A stretch of 34,242 bases of DNA from a virus (taxonomy: Duplodnaviria; Caudoviricetes). The translations under genes were made by a program, and so were the position numbers. The notes beneath the pieces are model-generated. The model did no database searches. It saw only the letters and a program-made list of their open reading frames with translations, and was not told the origin of the DNA. Shown here in pieces: positions 8,706 through 17,816 of the stretch. The DNA is taken from positions 1 through 34,242 of IMG/VR virus record IMGVR_UViG_3300010398_000024, one strand, 5' to 3'. Within the stretch, counting starts at the first letter, position 1. Each line of letters begins with the position of its first letter.

Positions 8706-11700
8706 TCACCCGCTCGGTGGTGTCATCAAGCCCGATGCCTCACTGCCGGTCGGCAATGCGCCGCCCATCGACTCGATGCCGCGGGCCAACTGCCCGACCT
8801 TGTGCGTGAGATAGGCGCCGGTGCCATACGCTGCACCGCGTAGCAGCTTGCCGCCAACGCTTTCACCGCTGCCCTCGAGCGCCTGCTTGGCGCGGTAGTT
8901 CTCGCGGCTCACGCCCGAGCCACGGATCGCAGCGATCTGCCCGAGCATGCCGCGGCCAACGACGAACGTCTCGCCAGTTGCGTTCGAGCGGATGCGATAG
9001 GCGCTGCCGTCCGGCGTCGCGTGGATCGTGTAGCGCTGGTAGTCGCTCGCGCCACCGACGTTCATCAGCAGGTTCGCGTACTCGGCAGACTTGCGCACGC
9101 TCAACCCGTTACGCAGCATCAGATCGCTCATCACGTCCTTGACGCCGTTTTTCTCGCTCAGGCTCAACTCGTGCCAGTTGTCCTTGAGCGTCTTGCCGTC
9201 GGGCCCGGCCACCTGCCACGCCGAACGGAAAGCTGCGTTCGGATTTTGCGGATCGCCCATAAAGTCGTTGACCTTGCCTTCGATATCGCCGGCCTGCTGG
9301 TAGTTGGGCTTCTTCGGACCCAAGCCGCCGTTCTCTTTCCAGTTCTTCAGGTCGAGCAAATAGCCCTGACGCTTGGCGTTGTACTGCTTGATCTCCTCGT
9401 CGTTCATCGCCTTGACCTGCGAGAGCACCGCCTGCCGCTGGCGCGGATCGGTGATGCTCTGCGTCGACGGCGGCACGGTGTAGACCTTGGGTTGGTCGGG
9501 CGGCTTCGGTGCCGTCGCGAGATCTTCCGGCGACACGCCGCGCACATTGAAGCCGCGTTCGAGTGCAGTCGCGCCCTGAAGCGGCTGATCCCACGGACCG
9601 GTCTGCCCGCGCTGCGGTGGCGGCTTGGCCGGTGTTGGTGCCGCTGCCGCTGCGGGCTTACCCGCAGGGGTAACTGGCGCTGCCGCTTGCGGCGCCTTAC
9701 CGACCGGGTTGTCCGATCCACCGTAGTAATTCTTGATCCGGGTCAGCGCCTGCTGGGCGGTGATCTTGTCCGGGTCCATGTTGAGATTGTTCTTGATTGC
9801 GGCGTAGGGCACGCCAGCATCCGTCGCCAGCTGGTTCGGGTTGTCGCGCGCCGCCTTGTAGAGCCGCATAAAGACTCCGACGCCCTGCTGGTGCGCCGCC
9901 GTCAACTCGGCTTCCGTCGGCGGGCGCCGGAGCGCCTTGGTGAGATCACGCTCGTTCTGCTGCAACAGCTTCAGATAATTCTGCGTGTTGGCGAGCGCGT
10001 TGACGCGCGGATCTTTGTCGGTGCCACGATCCTCGATCGGGATCTGCTTGCCGCCGTTGAGCTTGGCCCATGTGTTGTTTTCGATCTGGAACAGGCCACC
10101 CGACACGATGCCGCCATTCTTGCCGCGGCCCATCGCCTTGGGATCGAGATTGCTGCCCTCGCCATAAAGGATCGCCATCGTCACCGCGCGATATTTTGCC
10201 GGGATGATCTTCAGCGCGTCGCGAACCTCCTGCGGCGTATCCGCCGGCAACTGGGTCGGCACCGTCGTCGGCTTGGCGTAATTCGGATCGCGCTGCCCGC
10301 CGGTCCAAAGCAACTGCCCCTTGCTGTTCTTGGTGCGCGGCTTGTTCGACAGCGGGAATTCCTCGTTGTCGTTGCCGTATGAACCGGGAGGCGGCTGCTT
10401 CGCTGGCGGTGCAGCCGGTTTGGCTGGCGCTGCTGCGGCAGCAGGCGGCGTCGGTTTCTGATCTGGTGATCCCACCGTGGTGAGCGACGCGGGCTTCGGC
10501 GATACCGGAGCCGGTGGCGGCGCAGCCGCAGTCGTCGGCGGTGTCGTCGTATCCGTCGGCACCGCTTCCGCGGGCTTACCTCCGGGGGTAACTGGCGCGG
10601 CCGCGCCTGCGGGCGGCGGAGTTGCCCCAGCGGCGGGTGGCGTTGCGGCGGGTGGCGTTGCGGCGGGCGGCGTTGCACCTGCGGCAGGTGCGCTTGGCGG
10701 CGGTGCGGCTGCGGCCCCCGGACCCTGTCCGACATCGGCACCCGGACCTTGATATCCCTGATCGCCCGCGCGCGGACCAGCGTCTGCCGGGATCGCTTGC
10801 GTCGGCGCTGCACCGGGCTTGGCACCGAGCTGGTTCGCCTGCTGCTGGCGGCGAAGATCATCGATGGCATCCTGCGTTGCCTGCGGCAACGGAACATCGG
10901 CGCCTTTCACATTCGAGGCGGCACGCAGCATGCGGTCCCATGCCAGCGACTTGTTCTTGAAGCCGATCGCTGCCGCATAGAGGTCCTGCGGCGATAGCGT
11001 GTGGGTGCCCACATAACGCCCGGTCTCACTGTTGTGCTCATCGACCGTGACCGAGCCGTCTTTGTTGACGCGCGGATTTTCTGCATGCGTGCCCGTCGGC
11101 AGCGGAGCAGCGGCTTTCACCAGTGACTGCGCTGCGGCCTGCGTATCGCCCGTGTTCAAATAGTCGAGCGCGTCCTGACCGTACTGCTCGGCAACACCCG
11201 CCGTGTACTGGATGAGCTGCGCCGCATAGGCGTTGGCTTTCGCCTGATCGCCCTGCGTCATGTAGTAGTCGTAGCCCGCCTTGAACGTCTTGATCATCCG
11301 CATCGCATGCGGCAGTTCGTGCTTGGGATCGACTACATCCATCGCGGCATGCACCGACGCGGGGTCAGCGGCCAAGTGCCCGGAGAGCAGCGCGGCGCGG
11401 CCCTGATCGTTTGATTGGCCTGCCGGTACGGCTTGATCAAAGCCGAACAGCTTGCTCAGGTACTTGATACCGCCATCGAGCACGCGGTGAAGGCTGGTGC
11501 TGCCATCATCGTCGACATCGTCGTCGCCAGCATCAGGCAGAAAACTGGCATCGGGATAGCCGCGCGGATCGCGGCTCGGCGGATAATCGCTGTCGTCACT
11601 GTCGTCCGCCGCGGCAGGCGCGGGCTGTGCTGGCGCGGGCTGCGCTGGCGCGGGTGCTGGCGCGGGCGTGGGCGGCGCAGCATCGGCAGCAGCTTCATTC

Positions 11701-12374
11701 GGCGTCTGGTCGGGATCGGTATTGTCGTCGGTTGCGCCGCCTTCCTGAAATGTCGGCACGACATTCGAGATTGCACCACCGTCTTGAAAGCCATAACCGC
11801 GCGCAATGTTACCCGCAGGGGTAACTGCCATGCCCGTGCCCATGCGGTTGACCGGCAATGCCAGACGAGGCCGCGCCGGTGGCAATGCTGTCGGCGGACG
11901 CGCTGCCGGCATCGGGCGCATATACGGAGGGATCTGCCGCACCGCGCCGCCAGCCTGATATGAAATCGGAAGCGCCTGCATCGGCGGGCGGCGCATGACG
12001 GGTCCGCCCGACTGCATGCCTTGGGTGTTCAGCGACGGCGTCGTTGGCTGAATAGTTGACGCAACATTCGCTGGCGGCGCCACAGTACCGGGACTGATGG
12101 CCGTCTGCACGGTTGGCGGCGCAACCTTGGGCGCTGTAACAGCAGGCGTGATGGCACCATTGCTATCGCCGCTCGTGTCAGTGTCAGTGTTGGTGGTGTC
12201 ACCAGTGGTGGAATCGCCGGGGCCTTCCGTCTGCTTCGCATAAAGCTTGTCCCAAATATTGCCGGCGCCCTTGCGCTTGGCACGGTACGCCCGCGCTTCC
12301 TCGAGCTTGGCATAGCTGTCGAGGCCCGAGTTGAAGGCATTCGAGAAGTCGCGGACTTCTGCGCCAAACGACAT
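8706..12374 (-). CDS. Internal virion protein with lytic transglycosylase/lysozyme-like domain
   Basis: YGEGSN (candidate catalytic Glu), GLFQI...TW and AHQQG motifs (about 9880-10170); long Pro/Ala linkers. Confidence 0.8.
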   Translation of the reverse strand: MSFGAEVRDFSNAFNSGLDSYAKLEEARAYRAKRKGAGNIWDKLYAKQTEGPGDSTTGDTTNTDTDTSGDSNGAITPAVTAPKVAPPTVQTAISPGTVAPPANVASTIQPTTPSLNTQGMQSGGPVMRRPPMQALPISYQAGGAVRQIPPYMRPMPAARPPTALPPARPRLALPVNRMGTGMAVTPAGNIARGYGFQDGGAISNVVPTFQEGGATDDNTDPDQTPNEAAADAAPPTPAPAPAPAQPAPAQPAPAAADDSDDSDYPPSRDPRGYPDASFLPDAGDDDVDDDGSTSLHRVLDGGIKYLSKLFGFDQAVPAGQSNDQGRAALLSGHLAADPASVHAAMDVVDPKHELPHAMRMIKTFKAGYDYYMTQGDQAKANAYAAQLIQYTAGVAEQYGQDALDYLNTGDTQAAAQSLVKAAAPLPTGTHAENPRVNKDGSVTVDEHNSETGRYVGTHTLSPQDLYAAAIGFKNKSLAWDRMLRAASNVKGADVPLPQATQDAIDDLRRQQQANQLGAKPGAAPTQAIPADAGPRAGDQGYQGPGADVGQGPGAAAAPPPSAPAAGATPPAATPPAATPPAAGATPPPAGAAAPVTPGGKPAEAVPTDTTTPPTTAAAPPPAPVSPKPASLTTVGSPDQKPTPPAAAAAPAKPAAPPAKQPPPGSYGNDNEEFPLSNKPRTKNSKGQLLWTGGQRDPNYAKPTTVPTQLPADTPQEVRDALKIIPAKYRAVTMAILYGEGSNLDPKAMGRGKNGGIVSGGLFQIENNTWAKLNGGKQIPIEDRGTDKDPRVNALANTQNYLKLLQQNERDLTKALRRPPTEAELTAAHQQGVGVFMRLYKAARDNPNQLATDAGVPYAAIKNNLNMDPDKITAQQALTRIKNYYGGSDNPVGKAPQAAAPVTPAGKPAAAAAPTPAKPPPQRGQTGPWDQPLQGATALERGFNVRGVSPEDLATAPKPPDQPKVYTVPPSTQSITDPRQRQAVLSQVKAMNDEEIKQYNAKRQGYLLDLKNWKENGGLGPKKPNYQQAGDIEGKVNDFMGDPQNPNAAFRSAWQVAGPDGKTLKDNWHELSLSEKNGVKDVMSDLMLRNGLSVRKSAEYANLLMNVGGASDYQRYTIHATPDGSAYRIRSNATGETFVVGRGMLGQIAAIRGSGVSRENYRAKQALEGSGESVGGKLLRGAAYGTGAYLTHKVGQLARGIESMGGALPTGSEASGLMTPPSG
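9658..9673. promoter_or_regulatory. TTACC-N6-GGTAA palindrome
   Basis: TTACCcgcaggGGTAA. Confidence 0.75.
10576..10591. promoter_or_regulatory. TTACC-N6-GGTAA palindrome
   Basis: TTACCtccgggGGTAA. Confidence 0.75.
10626..10676. repeat. Coding tandem repeat (15-bp GGCGGGTGGCGTTGC-type units; ATPPA peptide)
   Basis: About three units read directly in the Pro/Ala linker of 8706..12374. Confidence 0.7.
11809..11824. promoter_or_regulatory. TTACC-N6-GGTAA palindrome
   Basis: TTACCcgcaggGGTAA. Confidence 0.75.
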
Positions 12375-12377
12375 GGC

Positions 12378-12524
12378 TCAGCCCTTGACACGCTTCAGCT
12401 TCGGGTTCGCCCGCTTTGCTGCCGGTGAGGCGCGCCGGGTTGCGGCAGCAAGGATGGCACCCGCGCGCTTCTTCGGGATGCCCTGCTTCTTGGCGATTTT
12501 CGCCTGTTCGGACTTGAAGCTCAT
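12378..12524 (-). CDS. Small highly basic protein (48 aa), absent from the ORF track
   Basis: MSFKSEQAKIAKKQGIPKKRAGAILAAATRRASPAAKRANPKLKRVKG*; GGAGG RBS upstream; fills the gap between two virion genes. Confidence 0.8.
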   Translation of the reverse strand: MSFKSEQAKIAKKQGIPKKRAGAILAAATRRASPAAKRANPKLKRVKG

Positions 12525-12533
12525 TGAACCCTC

Positions 12534-13664
12534 CTACGCCGCGCGAAGCGGAAGAGCCTGCTGCTGTCCGGGGCGCGACATGAACCGGGTTGGACCAGTA
12601 GGCTGCGGGCGCTGCTGGGGCCGCGCTTGCGAATTTTGCATGCGGTCCTGCCGCGCCTTCTGGATGTGCTTCTGGTAAAACTCCTCGCCCTTCCACGAAC
12701 GAACATCTGCCGGGATGACGAACTCGCCAGCGGTGAGCTTGGCGTCGACGTCGTCGGGGATCGCACCGCGTGACGGGCTGGCACCGCGTGGCACCGTACC
12801 GCCGCGGGTCGCCGCATCGTTGGCCGCCATCGGGATCGCGCCGCCTTGTGCCCATCCAGTTGCCACGGCCAGCGAACCCGCGGTGCCGAGCAGCGAGCCA
12901 ATGCCCGACGATGCGTTCTGGTTGGCCTGAAATCCTGCGAGCTGGTTCTGGTAGCCCTGCGAGAGCGTGTTGCCCCAGATGCCGACGGCCTGATTGCCGA
13001 GCCCCATGTACTGGGGCGCCGTGCCCATCGTCTGCGCCCCCGACGCCGTGGTCGCGAGGTTCGAGTTGACCGCCTGATTTCCCGCCTGAAGTGCGGTGCC
13101 GTACTGACCCGCAATCTGGCCGGGATAACCGCGGCCGACGTTGATCGCTTCGCTTTCGAGCGACTGACCGGTTGCGGTCGTCGCCTGATACGCCTGATTG
13201 GCCGCGGCGGCTGCGGCTGCGGCCTGCGTTGCGCGTTGCCCAATGTCCAGCGCAGCATATCGGGTCGACGACGGATCGACACCGAAACCTTCGAGGTTCT
13301 GAAGCGCTGCGTTGCGCTGGGCGTTGAACTGGTCGTTCACGTTCGCCGCGGCGCGGCCCATCTCCAGCGAGTATCGATCCGGCGAAGCGTAGTCGCGCGC
13401 CTGCTGCACGAGCGTGTCTTCGAGCGGCTGGTAGACCTGCTGGTATCGCGCTCGATCCGCTGCCGCGGTCGCTGCGTTCTGGTTCTGGGTGTCGATCGCC
13501 GACTGCACCACCTTGTCGGTGATCGCGCGGTCAGATGCGTATTGCTGCTTTGCCCATGCAAGCTGGTCTTCGCCGAGCTGGTACGCCTGTTGTGCGTTCT
13601 GCTGCGACGCCGCCGCGATGCCCGAATAATCAGGCGCTGGCGGTGCCTTCTGCTTGCTCCCCAT
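12534..13664 (-). CDS. Putative DNA ejection/pilot protein
   Basis: N-terminus MGSKQKAPPAPDY, Gln/Ala-rich helical body and DDVDAKLTAGEFVIPADV motif; lies directly after the GNAT gene as in podovirus ejection modules. Confidence 0.7.
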   Translation of the reverse strand: MGSKQKAPPAPDYSGIAAASQQNAQQAYQLGEDQLAWAKQQYASDRAITDKVVQSAIDTQNQNAATAAADRARYQQVYQPLEDTLVQQARDYASPDRYSLEMGRAAANVNDQFNAQRNAALQNLEGFGVDPSSTRYAALDIGQRATQAAAAAAAANQAYQATTATGQSLESEAINVGRGYPGQIAGQYGTALQAGNQAVNSNLATTASGAQTMGTAPQYMGLGNQAVGIWGNTLSQGYQNQLAGFQANQNASSGIGSLLGTAGSLAVATGWAQGGAIPMAANDAATRGGTVPRGASPSRGAIPDDVDAKLTAGEFVIPADVRSWKGEEFYQKHIQKARQDRMQNSQARPQQRPQPTGPTRFMSRPGQQQALPLRAA

Positions 13665-14121
13665 TATGTCCCGACTTCAACCCGCTTGGTCTCAGGTTCA
13701 AGTATCGGCAGTCGGCTCGCTCGAGCACAAAAACCAGAAGGGCGCCGCCGCCGGGAAATATCCCTTCGATTTTGTGAAGCTCCTTAAAGCCGTTTTTCAG
13801 GCAAAAGACAATGGATCGGCCATTGTCGGCCGGGACTTGGGCGACGACACGGGCCACGCCGAGCTGGTTGAACATGTAGTCGTAGGTGACCCAGAGAAGC
13901 GTGCGGCTCAGCCAAGCAGTCCGAGTGCCCGCAAGATGGATACCGCAAGAACCGCCGCGACCTGTATAGCCACTAATAATAGAACCACCAAAAAGGGCCG
14001 GCCCTTGAATACGTCGAACATACTCCGTCCGCGATATGCAGCGGTCTGTTCGTCGATTGAAGGAGGTGTTCGCCAGTCGCGCGATCGCATCGGCATGTCC
14101 CCAATCATCGAAGTGGATCAA
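13630..14121 (-). CDS. GNAT-family acetyltransferase-like protein
   Basis: YMFNQLGVARV...VPADNGRSIVFCLKNGFKE GNAT motif; TTG start with GGGGG RBS. Confidence 0.8.
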   Translation of the reverse strand: MIHFDDWGHADAIARLANTSFNRRTDRCISRTEYVRRIQGPALFGGSIISGYTGRGGSCGIHLAGTRTAWLSRTLLWVTYDYMFNQLGVARVVAQVPADNGRSIVFCLKNGFKELHKIEGIFPGGGALLVFVLERADCRYLNLRPSGLKSGHNGEQAEGTASA

Positions 14122-14122
14122 G

Positions 14123-14138
14123 TTACCCCCGTAGGTAA
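14123..14138. promoter_or_regulatory. TTACC-N6-GGTAA palindrome (intergenic)
   Basis: TTACCcccgtaGGTAA fills the 18-bp gap between two genes. Confidence 0.8.
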
Positions 14139-14139
14139 G

Positions 14140-14436
14140 TCACACGATCTTTTGGAAAACATGAGCATTCGAGTCCCAATACCACAGATGCGCTTGCGTG
14201 GCATTCGAGGTGTCGATCCAGAGATCGCCTTTGCGCAACCATGCCGGCGCGTTACCCTTGAACTCGTCGAGGTAGATCGGATTGAGCGACATCACGAACA
14301 CGCGCGGCCAGCACATCACAATGCCGGGCCGGGCACCGTCGATCTGCTCAAGCGCCAGCTTGACCTCGCGCAGCGCGGTGCCGTGCGTTCTCGGATCGTC
14401 CTGAACGTCGTGAACCGTCGGCAGGATCGGTTGCAT
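14140..14436 (-). CDS. Hypothetical virion-module protein (98 aa)
   Basis: TGATG coupling to the upstream gene; KGDLWIDTS motif common in tail-associated proteins. Confidence 0.65.
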   Translation of the reverse strand: MQPILPTVHDVQDDPRTHGTALREVKLALEQIDGARPGIVMCWPRVFVMSLNPIYLDEFKGNAPAWLRKGDLWIDTSNATQAHLWYWDSNAHVFQKIV

Positions 14437-16211
14437 CAGACCGTCCCCAGCTCCTTGACGTTGGTCGCCGCCTCAAAGTTGTAGACCGGCACCCGCGCCT
14501 CGATCTCGAATTGCCAGAAGCCGGCCTTGTAGCCTGAAGGCTCGCGCAACAGCTCGCCGTCCTTGCGGATCTCCCGGCACAGGATGAGGAGGTCGTCGGC
14601 GTAGACCCGCAGGATGCCATATTGCCCGTCATCGAGCGTCTGGATCACGTCGGTGTTGCGGATTGCGTTCTGCGGCGGCGTCGTATCGGGCACCGTGAAC
14701 CACACCCGGATCGCGCCGAAGTTCATCAGCTTGGTGGTCTGGAACACCTTCGAGCGCCACAGATACGGCTGGTCGCGCTGGGTCGACGAGATGTTGAACC
14801 AGTAGATCCCGCCGTTGATGCACAGCAAAATCTCGCCCGACCAGAAATCCGTCATCACCGAGCTGATCGGCTCGTCGTTCGCCAACGTCGTCCAGCCCAG
14901 ACGCATGTCGAGCAGGCTTATCAGCGCGCCCGTGAGCGCGCCGGTATAGTCAGTCTGCTCAAAGCTCGAGGTATCGAACGAGCCCGGATCGTAGCAACCC
15001 GGCGTCACCGAGCCCCAGCAGTAATACGACTGGCCCAACTGCGCCGCACGCAGCGAGTCGACATGCAGCATGTTGTTCCAGCGGTCGCGGCTGATCAGGT
15101 TCAGCGATGCGTTCTGTACCACCCCATAAGCTGCAATCGTAAGGCCGTTCGGGGAAGCGTACAGAACACCTTGCGCCGTTGAAACAATCGACGCACGCGA
15201 AAGGCACGGCTCGTGAGTGCCGATCTTCGCCAGCGCCATGCTGGATGGATGAATGCCTGATGCGGCATAGGGAAATCCTTCTGTGAGGACCACCAGCGTC
15301 TGGCCGACAACGCCGAGGCCAACGATCTCGAAGTCCACCGACAGCGTGTAGGCTGGCGGCCATGCATGCGGATAATACGGTTCGCAGAACCAGATCTGAT
15401 TTTCGCACCACCCCACGATCATGCCGTTGGGCATCGACACCCAACCCTTGAGATCGCTGGGCGGCCCGATGAAGCCCGTCGAGATCAACGGATTGCCCGC
15501 CGACACCGTGGCGCTGTCGCGCGTGTCGGTGTAGCTCAGCGTCGTGATCGGTACGTCTGCGACCCAGAAATAGTTCACCCCGCCCGACGCCGTCGTCACC
15601 GTGCGGTAAATCCGCGTCGTCATGAGATCGCGATTGGCTGTGTCGGCTGGCGTCGGCGCGGTGAACGTCAAATTCCAGTTTGCGCTGGGCTGTGCCGTGA
15701 ACGTCGTCGGCGGCGACGGCGGTCCTTCTTCGCCAAAGCCGCTCACCCATGTGTAGACATACGAACGCGCTTCAAGGACCGAGCCGCTACCACCGGTCGT
15801 CGAGACGCCGGGTGCCGTCGCGGGCGCAGGAATTCCCAACACGTAAGGCGGCGCACCTGACGCAATGCGTGCTTTGGTGTTGTACCAAGGTCCCATCGAT
15901 GGTGACGTCGCATAGTAGCGGTCGAAGGCATCGCCTGAGACCGGCGAGCGAACGACGTCCGTGTCCGGGTCTTGGAAGAACCACCACGTCGCATCTTCGA
16001 GATGATCGGCATCCGGCTCGCCGTTAGGGATGCGAAACGCCTTGCTCGTACCCGCCGGGCCGTCGACCAGATGCACGAACGACCGGAAGCCCTGAAGCGA
16101 GCCGGCCGTCAGCCAGATGTTCTGGGCCAGCGCCGCCTGCTGTTCGGGCAGGAGCCGGTCGTCTTGCAGGGGGATCTGGCCCCCGAACGACATGAGCTTG
16201 GATGCAACCAT
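14436..16211 (-). CDS. Putative tail nozzle/head-stabilisation protein (591 aa); start revised to ATG 16211
   Basis: TGATG coupling at 16211; MVASKLMSFGGQIP..DRLLP N-terminus; beta-rich, with WFCEPYYPHAWP; size and position of podovirus nozzle genes. Confidence 0.65.
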   Translation of the reverse strand: MVASKLMSFGGQIPLQDDRLLPEQQAALAQNIWLTAGSLQGFRSFVHLVDGPAGTSKAFRIPNGEPDADHLEDATWWFFQDPDTDVVRSPVSGDAFDRYYATSPSMGPWYNTKARIASGAPPYVLGIPAPATAPGVSTTGGSGSVLEARSYVYTWVSGFGEEGPPSPPTTFTAQPSANWNLTFTAPTPADTANRDLMTTRIYRTVTTASGGVNYFWVADVPITTLSYTDTRDSATVSAGNPLISTGFIGPPSDLKGWVSMPNGMIVGWCENQIWFCEPYYPHAWPPAYTLSVDFEIVGLGVVGQTLVVLTEGFPYAASGIHPSSMALAKIGTHEPCLSRASIVSTAQGVLYASPNGLTIAAYGVVQNASLNLISRDRWNNMLHVDSLRAAQLGQSYYCWGSVTPGCYDPGSFDTSSFEQTDYTGALTGALISLLDMRLGWTTLANDEPISSVMTDFWSGEILLCINGGIYWFNISSTQRDQPYLWRSKVFQTTKLMNFGAIRVWFTVPDTTPPQNAIRNTDVIQTLDDGQYGILRVYADDLLILCREIRKDGELLREPSGYKAGFWQFEIEARVPVYNFEAATNVKELGTV

Positions 16212-16549
16212 CAGCGCGTCATCGATGTCGGGCGGGTCGCCGGTAGCGGCGGGTTTTTCAGCGTCGATTGCGGCTGCGCCTGAAAGCGCGGATCGCTTCT
16301 TTGCAGCACGAGGTTCTTGGGCTGCTTCTCGATCTCGGCAGCTTCCGCGCGCTCGCGCGCTAGAGCTTTCTCGTTGTTCTCCTTGAGCCACTTCCGGCCC
16401 ATAATGATTTCCGCCTGCGTGATTTCGGAGAGAAGTTCTTCTCCGGGTTTAAGGAGCGCACGGTCGTCATCCGGCGGCGCGTCGGGGGTGGGTTGAACCT
16501 TCTTGCCAGCAGCCTTAGCCATCTGATCCATCGCTTCATTGTCCGGCAT
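16211..16549 (-). CDS. Hypothetical protein (112 aa)
   Basis: GGAG RBS; coupled to the downstream gene. Confidence 0.7.
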   Translation of the reverse strand: MPDNEAMDQMAKAAGKKVQPTPDAPPDDDRALLKPGEELLSEITQAEIIMGRKWLKENNEKALARERAEAAEIEKQPKNLVLQRSDPRFQAQPQSTLKNPPLPATRPTSMTR

Positions 16550-16763
16550 TGGGGTCTCCTTGATTGACCTTCGGAAACGCTTGACCGGGCACGATGCCGG
16601 ACACCGAACCCGACGTCACGGCCTCCTCGGCGCCGCGTCCAGCACGATGACCCGAGCCGCCGACCGAACGAACCGGCTGGGTCGGCGTCTTACCCACGCG
16701 GGTAATGTCGTGCATGGTCGGAAACCGACCGGTCATGCCTGTGAAAGGGCGTCGCTTTGCCAT
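16536..16763 (-). CDS. Hypothetical protein (75 aa); start revised to ATG 16763
   Basis: TGATG coupling with the upstream stop; MAKRRPFTGMTGRFP... Confidence 0.6.
   Translation of the reverse strand: MAKRRPFTGMTGRFPTMHDITRVGKTPTQPVRSVGGSGHRAGRGAEEAVTSGSVSGIVPGQAFPKVNQGDPNAGQ
16690..16705. promoter_or_regulatory. TTACC-N6-GGTAA palindrome
   Basis: TTACCcacgcgGGTAA. Confidence 0.75.
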
Positions 16764-17065
16764 CAGGGCGGCGGGTCCACGCAGTTGAACAGGATCGAAT
16801 CTTCTTTCCGCTGGCCCATATTCGTCTGCATGCGGACGTCGATGACGTAATCTGTGCCGCCGATGCCGCCCGAGACGTAGATCTGAACCAGCAAACCGCC
16901 GCTCATGATCTGCCATGTGTCGACCTGCACCGGGTTGTCATCGATCACGTCGGTCGAGAAGTTGACCCCTTGCACCTGCTCGAGGTCGTCCAGCCAATCC
17001 GTGTAGTCGATGGTGTAGCGCTTGCGCTCCCACGGCTCCTTGACGAACTTGCCAATCTTGCCCAT
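16763..17065 (-). CDS. Putative tail-fibre adaptor-like small beta protein
   Basis: FVKEP...RYTIDYTDWL motif typical of small phage tail-associated proteins; lies in the tail module. Confidence 0.55.
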   Translation of the reverse strand: MGKIGKFVKEPWERKRYTIDYTDWLDDLEQVQGVNFSTDVIDDNPVQVDTWQIMSGGLLVQIYVSGGIGGTDYVIDVRMQTNMGQRKEDSILFNCVDPPP

Positions 17066-17074
17066 GCCAACCCC

Positions 17075-17578
17075 CTACGGGTAGCCGACCCTTGCCGGCG
17101 CAATAAGCATATCCCGAATTTCCTCGAGTATCTCGATCCCCCGCTCCTCTTCCTCCTCAACGACGATGATTCGGTCGTCGGTATCCTTGAAAAACAGCGA
17201 GTAATACAGCTCGACCGGCTGGGTGGTTTCACTGATGACCTCGCCACCGACAGCAAAGTTGTAGACCAGCTTTTGGATCTGGATGCTGCCCTGCCGCGCC
17301 TGAAGCGACAACAGGTTGGGCATATTGAAGCCTTGATAACGCGCGGGGGTGCCGCGCTGAACAACGAGCCCCTGCCCGACCAGCCGCTCGAGATCTTGGA
17401 AATCCGCGAAATAGTCCTGATATGCGTTGACCTGCTGGCCGGTGAGAAAGAACGGATATGTGGGTGCTATCGCACCGCGCGCAACTGTGATCTGCCGGCC
17501 AACAAGCGTGTAGGTGACCGGAGCCGATTCGCCGGCGTTGATCGCATTGCCAGAAATCGCATTGCTACCGCCCAGCAT
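17075..17578 (-). CDS. Hypothetical tail-module protein, paralog of 17813..18301
   Basis: Shares LLSLQARQG.IQ.QKLVY and an MLG...SG N-terminus with 17813..18301. Confidence 0.75.
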   Translation of the reverse strand: MLGGSNAISGNAINAGESAPVTYTLVGRQITVARGAIAPTYPFFLTGQQVNAYQDYFADFQDLERLVGQGLVVQRGTPARYQGFNMPNLLSLQARQGSIQIQKLVYNFAVGGEVISETTQPVELYYSLFFKDTDDRIIVVEEEEERGIEILEEIRDMLIAPARVGYP

Positions 17579-17816
17579 TCGGCACCGGCCACGTCTTCAG
17601 CTTTTCATTGGCCTCAGCGGTCAGTTCTTGGATATCGATCATCGTCAACGGATATGGCCGATTGCCACGCGCCAACCGCAACATGCCCTCGCCCTTGTAC
17701 GGACGGTATTTCAGACCCAGTTCAAGATCAGTTTTTGGGTCAATGATCTTCTTCGTCAGTTTCGACGCGAGATCGTAGATCGCAGCCACCTGCACGGATA
17801 CCAGTCGCTCGGTCAA
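17565..17816 (-). CDS. Hypothetical protein (83 aa); start revised to TTG 17816
   Basis: TTGA overlap with the upstream stop; GAGGA upstream. Confidence 0.6.
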   Translation of the reverse strand: MTERLVSVQVAAIYDLASKLTKKIIDPKTDLELGLKYRPYKGEGMLRLARGNRPYPLTMIDIQELTAEANEKLKTWPVPNAGR

